Of a stretch of DNA of 64,000 nucleotides, positions 27,970-37,469 are shown one piece after another; position 1 is the first letter of the stretch; every line of letters begins with the position of its first letter. Position numbers and translations under genes: made by a program. Below the pieces are notes generated by a model. It did not search any database. It was not told the DNA's origin and worked only from the letters and a program-made list of their open reading frames with translations. The DNA lies in NCBI GenBank assembly GCA_009684525.1, contig WKKR01000008.1:23386-87385 (forward strand), written 5' to 3'. This stretch comes from Geobacter sp. (GTDB taxonomy: Bacteria > Desulfobacterota > Desulfuromonadia > Geobacterales > DSM-12255).

Positions 27970-28038
27970 ACGGCTTCGCCAGAGGTCCATCTGCGTTGTT
28001 TGCTTTCGCCTGGCAGCTGGAGCCTTTTGCTGTGCCGT
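27970..28038. repeat. REP/MITE-like element, internally deleted copy
   Basis: Both ~31-33-bp arms differ by one base each from 26383-26504; central ~53 bp missing. Confidence 0.8.
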
Positions 28039-28070
28039 TATGAATGAAAAACGTTGTCATGCTTGTCTTT

Positions 28071-28098
28071 CTTAGTGACCTTAGTGTCTTAGTGGTGG
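28071..28098. repeat. Solo arm of an octamer-repeat element
   Basis: CTTAGTGACCTTAGTGTCTTAGTGGTGG parallels CTCGGTGACTCCGTGTCTCTGTGGTGG at 31137-31163. Confidence 0.55.
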
Positions 28099-28114
28099 AA
28101 TAAGGGGGTAGAAT

Positions 28115-30046
28115 ATGGCAAAGAACCTTGCAACCAAGATACTGGAAGCGCATCTGGTGGAGGGCGAACTGATCCCCGGCCGGGAGATCGCCCTCAGGAT
28201 CGATCACACCCTGCTGCAGGACGCCACCGGCACCATGGCCATGCTGGAGTTCATCGCCATGGGCGTGCCGCGGGTGAAGGTGGAGCTGGCTGCCCAGTAC
28301 ATCGACCATAACCTGCTGCAGACCGACAGCAAGAACGCCGACGACCATGTCTTCCTGATGACCGCGGCGGAGAAGTTCGGCATCCATGTCAGCAAGCCGG
28401 GCAATGGCGTCTCCCACCAGGTCCACCTGGAGCGGTTCGGCGTGCCGGGTAAGACCATGCTCGGCGCCGACTCCCACACCACCTCGGCAGCCGGGCTCGC
28501 CATGATCGCCATGGGCGCCGGCGGCCTGGACGTGGCCCTGGCCATGGCCGGCCACCCGTTCCATCTCCCCTGTCCGAAGATCTGGGGGGTGAAGCTGACC
28601 GGCCAGCTCTCCCCCTGGGTCTCGGCCAAGGACGTGATCCTGGAGATGCTCCGCCGCCATTCGGTGAAAGGGGGGGTGGGGAAGATCATCGAATACTACG
28701 GCCCCGGCATTGCCACCCTCTCTGCCACGGACCGGGCCATCATCGGCAACATGGGCGCGGAACTGGGTGCCACCACCTCGGTCTTCCCGTCGGATGCACG
28801 GACCAGGGAGTTCCTGGAGGCCCAGGGGCGCGGTGCCTCATGGGTCGAGCTTGCCGCCGACCCCGGCTGCAGCTACGACGAGTACGACGAGATCGACCTC
28901 GCCACGGTGGAGCCGCTCATCGCCTGCCCGTCGTCGCCGGACAACGTGGTGCGGGTGGCTGATCTCGAAGGGCTGAAGGTGGACCAGGTGCTGGTGGGGA
29001 GCTCGGCCAATTCCGCCTTCCGCGACCTGATGACCGTCTGTCGCATCCTGGACGGCCGGCGCATCGCGCCCCACCTCTCCTTCAACGTCAACCCCGGCAG
29101 CCGCCAGGTGCTGGAGAACGTGGCAGACAAGGGGGGGATCATGATGCTGCTCCTGGCCGGGGCGCAGATCCACCAGCCCGGCTGTCTCGGTTGCATCGGC
29201 ATGGGGCAGGCGCCGGGGACCGACCAGGTGAGCCTTCGCACCTTCCCGCGCAACTTTCCCGGCCGTAGCGGCACCAAGAACGACCGGGTCTATCTCTGCT
29301 CCCCCGAGACCGCGGCCGCGGCCGGCCTGTTCGGTGTGGTCACCGATCCGCGCAAGCTGGAGGAGCTGATGCCGTGGCCTAACGTACAGAACCCTGAGAA
29401 ATACGTGCTGGACGATTCCAGCATCATCTATCCCCTGGCCGACACCAGCGGGGTGGAGATCGTCACCGGCCCCAACATCGTGCCGTTCCCGGATTTCGAG
29501 GAGCTGCCCGACGATCTGGACATGGAGGTGATCATCAAGGTGGGGGACAATATCTCCACCGACACCATCATGCCGGCCGGGAACAAGGTGCTCCCCTTCC
29601 GCAGCAACGTACCGGCCATCAGCCAGTTCGTCTTCGAGATCCTCGATGCCGACTTCCACAAGCGGGCCAGGGAGAAGGGGAACGGCGCCGTGGTCGGCGG
29701 CGAGAACTACGGCCAGGGGTCGAGCCGGGAGCATGCCGCCCTGGCGCCCCGCTACCTGGGGATCCGGGCCAAGCTGGCCAAGGGATTCGCCCGCATCCAC
29801 AAGGCGAACTTGGTGAACTTCGGCATCCTGCCGCTCGTTTTCCGCGACCCGGCCGACTACGATGCCCTGGCCCAGGGGGATAGACTGCAGCTCAAGGGGG
29901 TGCGGGGCCTGGTCGCCTCCGGCGCCACCGAGATTCCGGTGGAGGCGAACGGCCGGACCATCGTCACGCTCCTGGAGGTCTCCGAGCGGCAGCGCCAGGA
30001 GCTTCTGGCCGGCGGGACCCTGAACTACGTGAAGAAGGGGGGGTAG
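28115..30046 (+). CDS. Aconitase family protein (short AcnA-like type)
   Basis: IDHN, GNGVSHQ, GADSHT, GCLGCIGMG, GQGSSREHAA; first cluster Cys appears as Ser (GSSANS). Confidence 0.88.
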   Translation: MAKNLATKILEAHLVEGELIPGREIALRIDHTLLQDATGTMAMLEFIAMGVPRVKVELAAQYIDHNLLQTDSKNADDHVFLMTAAEKFGIHVSKPGNGVSHQVHLERFGVPGKTMLGADSHTTSAAGLAMIAMGAGGLDVALAMAGHPFHLPCPKIWGVKLTGQLSPWVSAKDVILEMLRRHSVKGGVGKIIEYYGPGIATLSATDRAIIGNMGAELGATTSVFPSDARTREFLEAQGRGASWVELAADPGCSYDEYDEIDLATVEPLIACPSSPDNVVRVADLEGLKVDQVLVGSSANSAFRDLMTVCRILDGRRIAPHLSFNVNPGSRQVLENVADKGGIMMLLLAGAQIHQPGCLGCIGMGQAPGTDQVSLRTFPRNFPGRSGTKNDRVYLCSPETAAAAGLFGVVTDPRKLEELMPWPNVQNPEKYVLDDSSIIYPLADTSGVEIVTGPNIVPFPDFEELPDDLDMEVIIKVGDNISTDTIMPAGNKVLPFRSNVPAISQFVFEILDADFHKRAREKGNGAVVGGENYGQGSSREHAALAPRYLGIRAKLAKGFARIHKANLVNFGILPLVFRDPADYDALAQGDRLQLKGVRGLVASGATEIPVEANGRTIVTLLEVSERQRQELLAGGTLNYVKKGG

Positions 30047-30048
30047 CC

Positions 30049-31026
30049 ATGGAAACGAAACTTCGGGCGGTCCTGCCCGACAACGAACTGCTCAGGCTCC
30101 ATGAACAGATGCTCCTTTCCCGCGAGTTCGAGGAGTCGTGCGCCGAGCAGTACACCAAGGGGCATATCACCGGCTTCCTCCACCTCTACAGCGGCCAGGA
30201 GGCGGTGGCGGTGGGAGCCACGGCCGGGCTCCACCTGGACGACTACATCCTCTCCGCCTACCGGGAGCATGCCCAGGCCATCGTCCGCGGTGCCGAACCG
30301 CGGCGGGTGATGGCAGAGCTGTTCGGCAAGGCGACCGGCGTCTGCAAGGGGAAGGGGGGCTCCATGCACCTCTTCGATCCATCCCTCAACTTCATGGGGG
30401 GATACGCCATTGTCGGCGGCCAGTTCCCGGTGGCGGTCGGCCTCGCTTTCAGCGCTAAGTACCGGGGCGAGGACCGGATCGCCGCCTGCTTCTTCGGCGA
30501 TGGCGCGGTCAACCAGGGGACCTTCCACGAATCCCTCAACTGGGCGCGGCTCTGGGAGCTGCCGGTTCTGTTCATCTGCGAGAACAACTTCTACGGCATC
30601 GGCACCGAGGTGCACCGCTCCTCTGCCCTCTCCTCCATCCACCGCCGCACCTGCGGCTATGACATCCCCTCGGAAAAGGTGGACGGCATGGACGTGATCG
30701 CGGTCTACAAGGCAGTGAAGTACGCGGCGGAAAAGGTGCGGGAGACCGGCCGCCCCCATTTCATCGAGGCGGTCACCTACCGCTTCCGCGGCCACTCCAT
30801 GGCCGATCCGGCCAAGTACCGCTCCGCGGCCGAGCATGAGATGTGGAAAGCGCGCGACCCGATCCCCGCCTTTGCCAAGCGGCTCCTGGAAGAAGGGATC
30901 GCCACGCAGGCGCAGCTCGACGCCATTCTGGCAAAGGCTCAGGCCACTGTCGCCGATGCGGTCCGGTTCGCCGAGGAGTCCCCCTGGCCGGACGCATCGG
31001 CAGTATGGGAAGATATTTACGTCTGA
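30049..31026 (+). CDS. pdhA: Pyruvate dehydrogenase E1 alpha
   Basis: GFLHLYSGQEA, YREH, GGSMH, GDGAVNQG TPP motif, YRFRGHSMADP. Confidence 0.93.
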   Translation: METKLRAVLPDNELLRLHEQMLLSREFEESCAEQYTKGHITGFLHLYSGQEAVAVGATAGLHLDDYILSAYREHAQAIVRGAEPRRVMAELFGKATGVCKGKGGSMHLFDPSLNFMGGYAIVGGQFPVAVGLAFSAKYRGEDRIAACFFGDGAVNQGTFHESLNWARLWELPVLFICENNFYGIGTEVHRSSALSSIHRRTCGYDIPSEKVDGMDVIAVYKAVKYAAEKVRETGRPHFIEAVTYRFRGHSMADPAKYRSAAEHEMWKARDPIPAFAKRLLEEGIATQAQLDAILAKAQATVADAVRFAEESPWPDASAVWEDIYV

Positions 31027-31038
31027 ATGGATGACCAT

Positions 31039-31163
31039 CTACCACGGAGACACGGAGACTCGGAGAAAGTCATGGATCGAAACAAGGCCCAAAATCGGGA
31101 TGTAACTTCAAAGGATGGAGAAGCCACTGAGGTTTTCTCGGTGACTCCGTGTCTCTGTGGTGG
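31039..31163. repeat. Octamer-repeat inverted-repeat element (MITE/REP-like) between pdhA and pdhB
   Basis: Left arm CTACCACGGAGACACGGAGACTCGGAGAAA; right arm TTTTCTCGGTGACTCCGTGTCTCTGTGGTGG; ~65-bp unique core. Confidence 0.8.
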
Positions 31164-31184
31164 ATTCGGTTGGAGGTTTATGCA

Positions 31185-32174
31185 ATGTCAGAGATGACCT
31201 ATCGCGATGCACTGAACCTGGCGATGAAGGAGGAGATGCGGCGCGACCCTTCCGTGGTGGTCTGGGGGGAGGACGTGGCGCTTTACGAGGGCTCGTTCAA
31301 GGTGACCCGCGGGCTTCTGGCCGAGTTCGGCGAGCAGCGGGTCCTTGATACCCCTATCTCCGAGAACACCATTGTCGGCGTGGCCGTCGGGGCGGCCATG
31401 GGGGGCCTGCGGCCGGTGGCCGAGCTGATGACGGTCAACTTCGCGCTGCTGGCCATGGACCAGATCATCAACCACATGGCCAAGATCCGCTTCATGTTCG
31501 GTGGCCAGACCTTTTTGCCCATGGTGGTGCGGATGCCGGGTGGAGGGGGGAGCCAGCTGGGAGCCCAGCATTCCCAGAGCCTTGAGAGCTATTTCATGCA
31601 CTGCCCCGGCCTTCGCATCGCTTATCCCACTACCCCGGCCGATGCCAAGGGGCTCCTGAAGAGCGCCATCCGCGACAACAACCCGGTGATCTTCCTGGAG
31701 CACGAACTGCTCTACAACAGCAAGGGGGAGGTGCCGGAGGACCCGGAATACCTGGTGCCGTTCGGCAAGGCGAGCGTCATGCGGGAGGGAACGGACGTGA
31801 CCATCGTCGCCTACGCCCGGATGTCCTTGCTGGCGCTGCAGGCGGCCGATGTCCTGGAGAAGGAGGGGGTTTCCTGCGAGGTGATCGACCTGCGGACCCT
31901 GAACCCGCTGGACACGGAGACCTTTCTCGCCTCGGCGAGGCGGACCGGCCGGGCCGTGGTGGTGGAGGAGTGCTGGCGGACCGCGGGGCTTGGCGGCGAT
32001 ATTGCCCACCGGATCCACGAGGCCTGCTTCGATACGCTGCTGGCACCGGTAGGCCGGGTCGCCGGCCTGGACGTGCCGATGCCCTATTCACGGGAGATCG
32101 AGAAGCTCTGCATCCCACGGGTGGAGACCATCACCCAGGCGGTAAAGGGGGTCATGCAATGGCAGCCGACATAA
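31185..32174 (+). CDS. pdhB: Pyruvate dehydrogenase E1 beta
   Basis: GEDV, DTPISE, GLRPVAE, GAQHSQ, EVIDLRTL; GGAGG RBS before ATG 31185. Confidence 0.93.
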   Translation: MSEMTYRDALNLAMKEEMRRDPSVVVWGEDVALYEGSFKVTRGLLAEFGEQRVLDTPISENTIVGVAVGAAMGGLRPVAELMTVNFALLAMDQIINHMAKIRFMFGGQTFLPMVVRMPGGGGSQLGAQHSQSLESYFMHCPGLRIAYPTTPADAKGLLKSAIRDNNPVIFLEHELLYNSKGEVPEDPEYLVPFGKASVMREGTDVTIVAYARMSLLALQAADVLEKEGVSCEVIDLRTLNPLDTETFLASARRTGRAVVVEECWRTAGLGGDIAHRIHEACFDTLLAPVGRVAGLDVPMPYSREIEKLCIPRVETITQAVKGVMQWQPT

Positions 32175-33430
32175 TCATGCCCAAGCTCTCCGACACCATG
32201 ACCGAAGGGAAACTGGGGGCGTGGAAGAAGAGCATTGGCGATCAGGTGCAGCGGGGGGACGTCATCGCCGAGGTGGAGACCGACAAGGCGGTGATGGAGC
32301 TGGAGGCGTTCACCAGCGGGACTCTCCTGGAGCAGCGGGTGAAGCCGGGCGAACTGGTGGCGGTCGGCACGGTGATCGGCATCGTCGGCGCACCGGGCGA
32401 GTCTGCGGTGCCGGGCACGGCCATCCCTGAAGCGCCTGCGGTTGCGGCGCCGCAGGCGGAGCCGGTTTCGGCACCAACGCCGGCTCCGGTGCCGGACGAG
32501 GCAGTCCCTCAGCCACCCCGGCATGCTCCGGCAGAGGCGGAGGACCTGCAGCAAAAGGCTGCACCGGTGGTCAGAAGGCATGCCCGCGAGCTGGGGATCG
32601 ACCTTGACCAGGTAACGGGGAGCGGCCCCGGCGGGAGGGTCCTGTTGGAGGACCTGCAGCGGTTCAGCGGGGTCATGCTTTCGGCGGAGCCCTCCGTGGC
32701 AGAGCCGTCGGCCACTTTGGCCGGTGAGCAGGCCTCACCGGAGGTCCCACAGGCCGAGGGAGGGGTGGTGCCCCTGTCGCGGATGCGGGCGGCCATCGCC
32801 AGGACCGTTACCGAGGCATGGCGCACCATCCCCCACTTCTTCGTCACCGTGGAGATCCAGATGGACGAGGTCGAGGAGGTGCGCCGCGAACTGAAGGAGA
32901 GCGGTTCACCGCTGTCGATCAACGACATGATCGTGAAGGGGACGGCCCTGGCCCTGGCCCGGTTTCCCATGCTCAATGCCTCGTTCGTCAACGACCGGAT
33001 CGTCAGCCATGACGAGATCAATATCGGCATGGCCGTCAGCCTGCCGGACGGGCTGCTGGTGCCGGTAATTCGGGGGTGCCAGGCGTTGACGCTGCAGGAG
33101 ATTGCCGTGCAGAGCCGGCGCCTGGTGGAGCGCGCCCGCAGCGGCCGGCTGAGCGAGGCGGAGATGAGCGGGGGGACCTTTACCATCTCCAACATGGGGA
33201 TGTTCGACGTCACCGAATTCGCCGCAGTGATCCATCCCCCCCAAGCGGGAATCCTGGCCGTGGGGAGCGTCTATGACGGCATTGTGGTGAAAGACGGCCA
33301 GCCGGTGGTGGCCAGGCTGGCACGGATGACCCTTTCCGCCGATCACCGCCTGGTGGACGGTGCCTATGCGGCCCGGTTCCTCAAAGAGTTGAAACGCATA
33401 CTGAAAAAGCCGGTTCTGATGCTGGTATGA
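32159..33430 (+). CDS. pdhC: Dihydrolipoamide acetyltransferase E2
   Basis: MPKLSDTMTEG, EVETDKA lipoyl motif, IPHF, LSADHRLVDG. Confidence 0.92.
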   Translation: MAADIIMPKLSDTMTEGKLGAWKKSIGDQVQRGDVIAEVETDKAVMELEAFTSGTLLEQRVKPGELVAVGTVIGIVGAPGESAVPGTAIPEAPAVAAPQAEPVSAPTPAPVPDEAVPQPPRHAPAEAEDLQQKAAPVVRRHARELGIDLDQVTGSGPGGRVLLEDLQRFSGVMLSAEPSVAEPSATLAGEQASPEVPQAEGGVVPLSRMRAAIARTVTEAWRTIPHFFVTVEIQMDEVEEVRRELKESGSPLSINDMIVKGTALALARFPMLNASFVNDRIVSHDEINIGMAVSLPDGLLVPVIRGCQALTLQEIAVQSRRLVERARSGRLSEAEMSGGTFTISNMGMFDVTEFAAVIHPPQAGILAVGSVYDGIVVKDGQPVVARLARMTLSADHRLVDGAYAARFLKELKRILKKPVLMLV

Positions 33431-33466
33431 TGATGAACAGATGCCCCATATCCAAAGGAGGGCCAC

Positions 33467-35890
33467 ATGGCCAACGAGCAGCAGAAGTTATCCGTTGAAC
33501 AGCTCCGCTGGGAGTGTGATGAGACGCAGTTCGCATTCGAGTCCACGGCCGACCTGCCGGAACTCGAAGGGACGATTGGTCAGGAGCGGGCGCTCAAGTC
33601 TCTCGATTTCGGCCTAGGGATCACCGACTGCGGCTTCAACCTTTACCTGGCGGGCGAGCCCGGCACCGGACGTTCCTCGACCATCAAGAACCTGCTGAAA
33701 AAGATGGCCAAGGACCAGCCGACCCCGCCGGACTGGTGCTATGTCTACAACTTCAAGGACCCGGATCTCCCCATCTCCCTTGCCATCGGTGCCGGCAAGG
33801 GGGCGGAGCTGGAAAAGGACATGAAGGAGCTCCTAGAGGGGGTGAAGGCGGACATCCCCAAGGCCTTGGACAGCAAGGATTACGAGACCCACAAGGCTGC
33901 CATCATCGAGGAGTACCAGGAGAAGAACGGCGAGCTGTTCAGCGCCCTAGAAAAGGATGCCGAGGCCAGGGAGTTTTCGCTGCAGCGGACCGTCTCCGGC
34001 CTGGTGATGGTCCCCCAGAAGGAGGGGCGCAACTTCACCCAGGAGGAGTTCGAGGCGCTCTCCGACGGGGATCGGGAGAAGCTTGAGCAGACCGGCAAGG
34101 AGCTGACCGACACGCTGAACGACGTGCTCCGCCAGGTGCGGGACAACGAGAAGAGCACCAAGGAGACCCTGTCGCAGCTCGACCGGGAACTGGGGCTGTC
34201 GGCGGTGGGGCGGCACATCGAACCGCTGAAGGAGAAATACAGCGAGTTCACCAAGGTGGTGACCTACCTGGATTCGGTGCAGGAGGATATCCTGCTCAAC
34301 CTGGAGGATTTCAAGCCGCAGCAGCCGCAGCAGCAGATCCCCGGCATCCGGCTCCCGCGCCAGGAGCCATCCTTCGAGCGCTACGCGGTCAACGTCTTCG
34401 TGGACAACCGCGATACCAAAGGCGCCCCGGTGGTCTTCGAGACCAACCCCACCTACAACAACCTGTTCGGCCGGATCGAGCATGTCATGCAGATGGGTGG
34501 CGTGGCCACCACCAACTTCACCCTGGTCAAGCCGGGGGCGCTGCACCGGGCCAACGGCGGCTACCTGATCGTGGATGCCCGCGAGGTGCTGATCAATCCC
34601 TTTGCCTGGGACGCCCTGAAGCGCTGCATCCGGAGCGGCGAGATCAAGATCGAGGATGTGCTGGAGCAGTACCGCTTCATGACCGTTGCCTCGCTGAAGC
34701 CGGAACCGATCCCCCTGGCTGCCAAGCTGGTCATGATCGGCTCCCCCTGGATCTACTACCTCCTCTACTACCTGGAGCCGGACTACCGGAAGTTCTTTAA
34801 GGTGAAGGCCGATTTCGACAGCCGGGTCACCCGCAATCCCGAGATCGTCAGGGATTATGCCCTGTTCGTCGCTACCCACTGCAAGAACGAGAAGCTCCTC
34901 CCCTTTGACCGGAGCGGCGTGGCCGGCCTGCTGGAATACTCGGCGCGCAGCGTGGAGGACCAGCAGAAGCTCTCCTCCCAGTTCATGGAGATCGCCGACC
35001 TGATCCGCGAGGCGAGCTACTGGGCCGGCAAGGAGGGGAGCCCGGTGGTGACGCGCGATATCGTCAAGAAGACCATCGCCGAAAAGATCTACCGGAGCAA
35101 CCGGGTGGAAGAGCGGCTGCAGGAGCTGTTCGAGGACGGCACCATCCTCTGCGACGTGGATGGCGGGGAGGTGGGGCAGATCAACGGTCTCTCGGTCCTG
35201 ACCATGGCCGACTACATGTTCGGCCGGCCGTCCCGCGTCACGGCTCGGGTCTTCATGGGTCGCGGCGGCATGGTCAACATCGAACGGGAGGTGAAGCTCT
35301 CCGGCCCGATCCACGACAAGGGGGTGCTGATCCTCACCGGCTACCTGGGGGGGAAATTCGCCCACGACAAGCCGCTCTCCTTCTCGGCCTCCATCTGCTT
35401 CGAGCAGAATTACGAAGGGGTGGAGGGGGACAGCGCCTCGTCCACCGAGCTCTATGCCCTCCTCTCAGTCCTTTCCGGGCTGCCGATCCGGCAGGGGATC
35501 GCGGTGACCGGCAGCGTCAACCAGTTGGGCAAGGTGCAGCCGATCGGCGGGGTCAACTATAAGATCGAGGGGTTCTACGCCGTCTGCAAGGCCAAGGGGC
35601 TCACCGGCGAACAGGGGGTCATGATCCCGTCGAGCAACGTGCGGCACCTGATGCTGAACGACGAGGTGGTGGAGGCGGTCAGGGAGGGGCGGTTCCATAT
35701 CTGGAGCGTGGAGACCATCGACCAGGGGATCGAGATCCTGACCGGCGTGCCGGCCGGCGACATGCAGGAAGACGGCAGCTATCCCGAGGGGAGTGTCAAC
35801 TTCCTGGTTGACCGGCGTCTGCGGCAGATCCTGGAGCAGATGAAGAAATTCGGCGCCAGCGGCGAGCGTGAAAAGGACGACAAGAAATGA
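33467..35890 (+). CDS. Lon-like protease of the LonC/TTC1975 type
   Basis: GQERA, degenerate Walker A GEPGTGRSS, KPGALHRANGGYL, GQINGLSV, EGDSASS, GGVNYKIEGF. Confidence 0.88.
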   Translation: MANEQQKLSVEQLRWECDETQFAFESTADLPELEGTIGQERALKSLDFGLGITDCGFNLYLAGEPGTGRSSTIKNLLKKMAKDQPTPPDWCYVYNFKDPDLPISLAIGAGKGAELEKDMKELLEGVKADIPKALDSKDYETHKAAIIEEYQEKNGELFSALEKDAEAREFSLQRTVSGLVMVPQKEGRNFTQEEFEALSDGDREKLEQTGKELTDTLNDVLRQVRDNEKSTKETLSQLDRELGLSAVGRHIEPLKEKYSEFTKVVTYLDSVQEDILLNLEDFKPQQPQQQIPGIRLPRQEPSFERYAVNVFVDNRDTKGAPVVFETNPTYNNLFGRIEHVMQMGGVATTNFTLVKPGALHRANGGYLIVDAREVLINPFAWDALKRCIRSGEIKIEDVLEQYRFMTVASLKPEPIPLAAKLVMIGSPWIYYLLYYLEPDYRKFFKVKADFDSRVTRNPEIVRDYALFVATHCKNEKLLPFDRSGVAGLLEYSARSVEDQQKLSSQFMEIADLIREASYWAGKEGSPVVTRDIVKKTIAEKIYRSNRVEERLQELFEDGTILCDVDGGEVGQINGLSVLTMADYMFGRPSRVTARVFMGRGGMVNIEREVKLSGPIHDKGVLILTGYLGGKFAHDKPLSFSASICFEQNYEGVEGDSASSTELYALLSVLSGLPIRQGIAVTGSVNQLGKVQPIGGVNYKIEGFYAVCKAKGLTGEQGVMIPSSNVRHLMLNDEVVEAVREGRFHIWSVETIDQGIEILTGVPAGDMQEDGSYPEGSVNFLVDRRLRQILEQMKKFGASGEREKDDKK

Positions 35891-36234
35891 GGTGCAGGAC
35901 CCGGCAGGCAGGGCCGCTGATGCTGGCGGCCCTCTCCCTGCTGGCCGCCTGCACGGCGCAGGCCCCGCAAGAGACTGCCGTGCGGGCGACGCCGGAAGGG
36001 GAGCGCCTCTTTCTCCGCTTCTGCAGCGGCTGTCATCCCGATGGCGGCAACAGCAGGTATCCCCAGAAAACCCTGAGCCGGATGGTGCTGAAGGCAAACG
36101 GGATCGTCACCGTGGCCGATGTTGTCGCACTTTTGCGCAACCCCGGCGAGGGGATGCCCCGTTTCGACCGCCAGACGGTTTCCGATGCCGAGGCGCGTGC
36201 CATTGCCGGGTACGTCCTTGCCACCTTCCCCTGA
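35887..36234 (+). CDS. omcF: Monoheme cytochrome c6-like lipoprotein, OmcF ortholog
   Basis: LLAAC lipobox; CSGCHPDGGN...KTL...ANGI...RNPG.GMP.F...YV..TFP matches G. sulfurreducens OmcF as I recall it; same position after a Lon-like gene. Confidence 0.82.
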   Translation: MRCRTRQAGPLMLAALSLLAACTAQAPQETAVRATPEGERLFLRFCSGCHPDGGNSRYPQKTLSRMVLKANGIVTVADVVALLRNPGEGMPRFDRQTVSDAEARAIAGYVLATFP

Positions 36235-36243
36235 TATCCCGTT

Positions 36244-37335
36244 TCAGGTTGCGTGTTGTCCGCCTTGTCGGGCATGGAGCCTGGTGAGATGGAACCAGCA
36301 CCAGGTGAGAAGGGCAGCTGCGAGCCTGCCGACGGTGTTGTCGATGAGCGGTTCGCCCAGGCGATCGTAGCGGCCCAGGAAACGGGCCGGCCCCTCCCCC
36401 GGACCCAGGCCGCGCCGGAAATCGCACCGGACGTCGAGGAAAAAGGCGAGCTGCCAGGCATTTCGCCGGACATAGGCGCCGGTGGCATACCAGAAGGCCA
36501 GGCGCCTCTTCAACGGCATCTGCCGGATGAGATCCGCGGTGGCATCCAGGAACGGGGTCAGGTCGAGCCCGGTGGCCTGGCTCTGGGGGCGGTAGAGACC
36601 GGCAGTGACGTGGAAGAACCGTTCCCACTCGAGGTGTGAGCAGTTCATCAGGATGGCGTTCATGACCTGACGCTGGTAGATTCCTTCGCTCTCGAAGCGG
36701 CGGGCCGAGGTGAGGATCTCGGCGGGGAGGAGCAGCCACTTCCCCTGTTCGCGGACCCGCTCAGCCAGAAGGGTTTCCGCCAGCATGGGGGGAAACGGGG
36801 GGAAGGGGCCGATCCGGTCGAAGAAGCTCCTGGCGATCAGAAACCCCTGGTCGCCGTGGGTGCACTCAGGCCGGTGGAGACGGGCCTTGCACTCGTAGAA
36901 ATAGTAGGGAAGGGAGGGGGCTGTCGTGCTGCGCGAGAAGCGGAGCGCGAAATGGCCGGCAACCGCATCCCCCCCCAACTCGCCGCAGGCCGCGGCAAAC
37001 CGGTCGAGCCCCTTTCTGAGGGCCTGGGGATCGGGAAATCGCGAGTCGGCATGGAGAAAGAGGAGGACCGGAGCACTGGCGACGCCTGCGCCGGCGTTCA
37101 ACTGGGGACCGCGCCCTTTTTCGCCGCTGATGATGCTCACCTTCAGGCCGTACTGTTCGCCCAGGCGCTCTGCCGTGGCGACGGACCCGTCTCCGGAACC
37201 GCCATCGCTGACGACGATCTCGCACGAGACCTCCTGCTGGCTCGCCAGGGAGGCGAACAGGCCGGCAAGGGTAGCTGCCTCGTTGTAGACCGGGACGATG
37301 ATCGTCAACTCCGGTGCTGGTGTGGGATGCTGCAT
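36244..37335 (-). CDS. Family 2 glycosyltransferase (TIGR04283-like)
   Basis: IIVPVYNEA, VSDGGSGD, GRGPQLNAGA, LFLHAD, GDQG, TSARRF. Confidence 0.85.
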   Translation of the reverse strand: MQHPTPAPELTIIVPVYNEAATLAGLFASLASQQEVSCEIVVSDGGSGDGSVATAERLGEQYGLKVSIISGEKGRGPQLNAGAGVASAPVLLFLHADSRFPDPQALRKGLDRFAAACGELGGDAVAGHFALRFSRSTTAPSLPYYFYECKARLHRPECTHGDQGFLIARSFFDRIGPFPPFPPMLAETLLAERVREQGKWLLLPAEILTSARRFESEGIYQRQVMNAILMNCSHLEWERFFHVTAGLYRPQSQATGLDLTPFLDATADLIRQMPLKRRLAFWYATGAYVRRNAWQLAFFLDVRCDFRRGLGPGEGPARFLGRYDRLGEPLIDNTVGRLAAALLTWCWFHLTRLHARQGGQHAT

Positions 37336-37469
37336 GGCATGGTGCTCCGGTGAATGGCCTCAACTTTTTGCCGGGCTGACCGATACAAATCAGGTGTGCC
37401 GGTTCCGCGCCGTGTACCGCACTTTATAATGGAGCAGAGCCGCTCCTGACGTTCAGGAAGGAGTTACGC

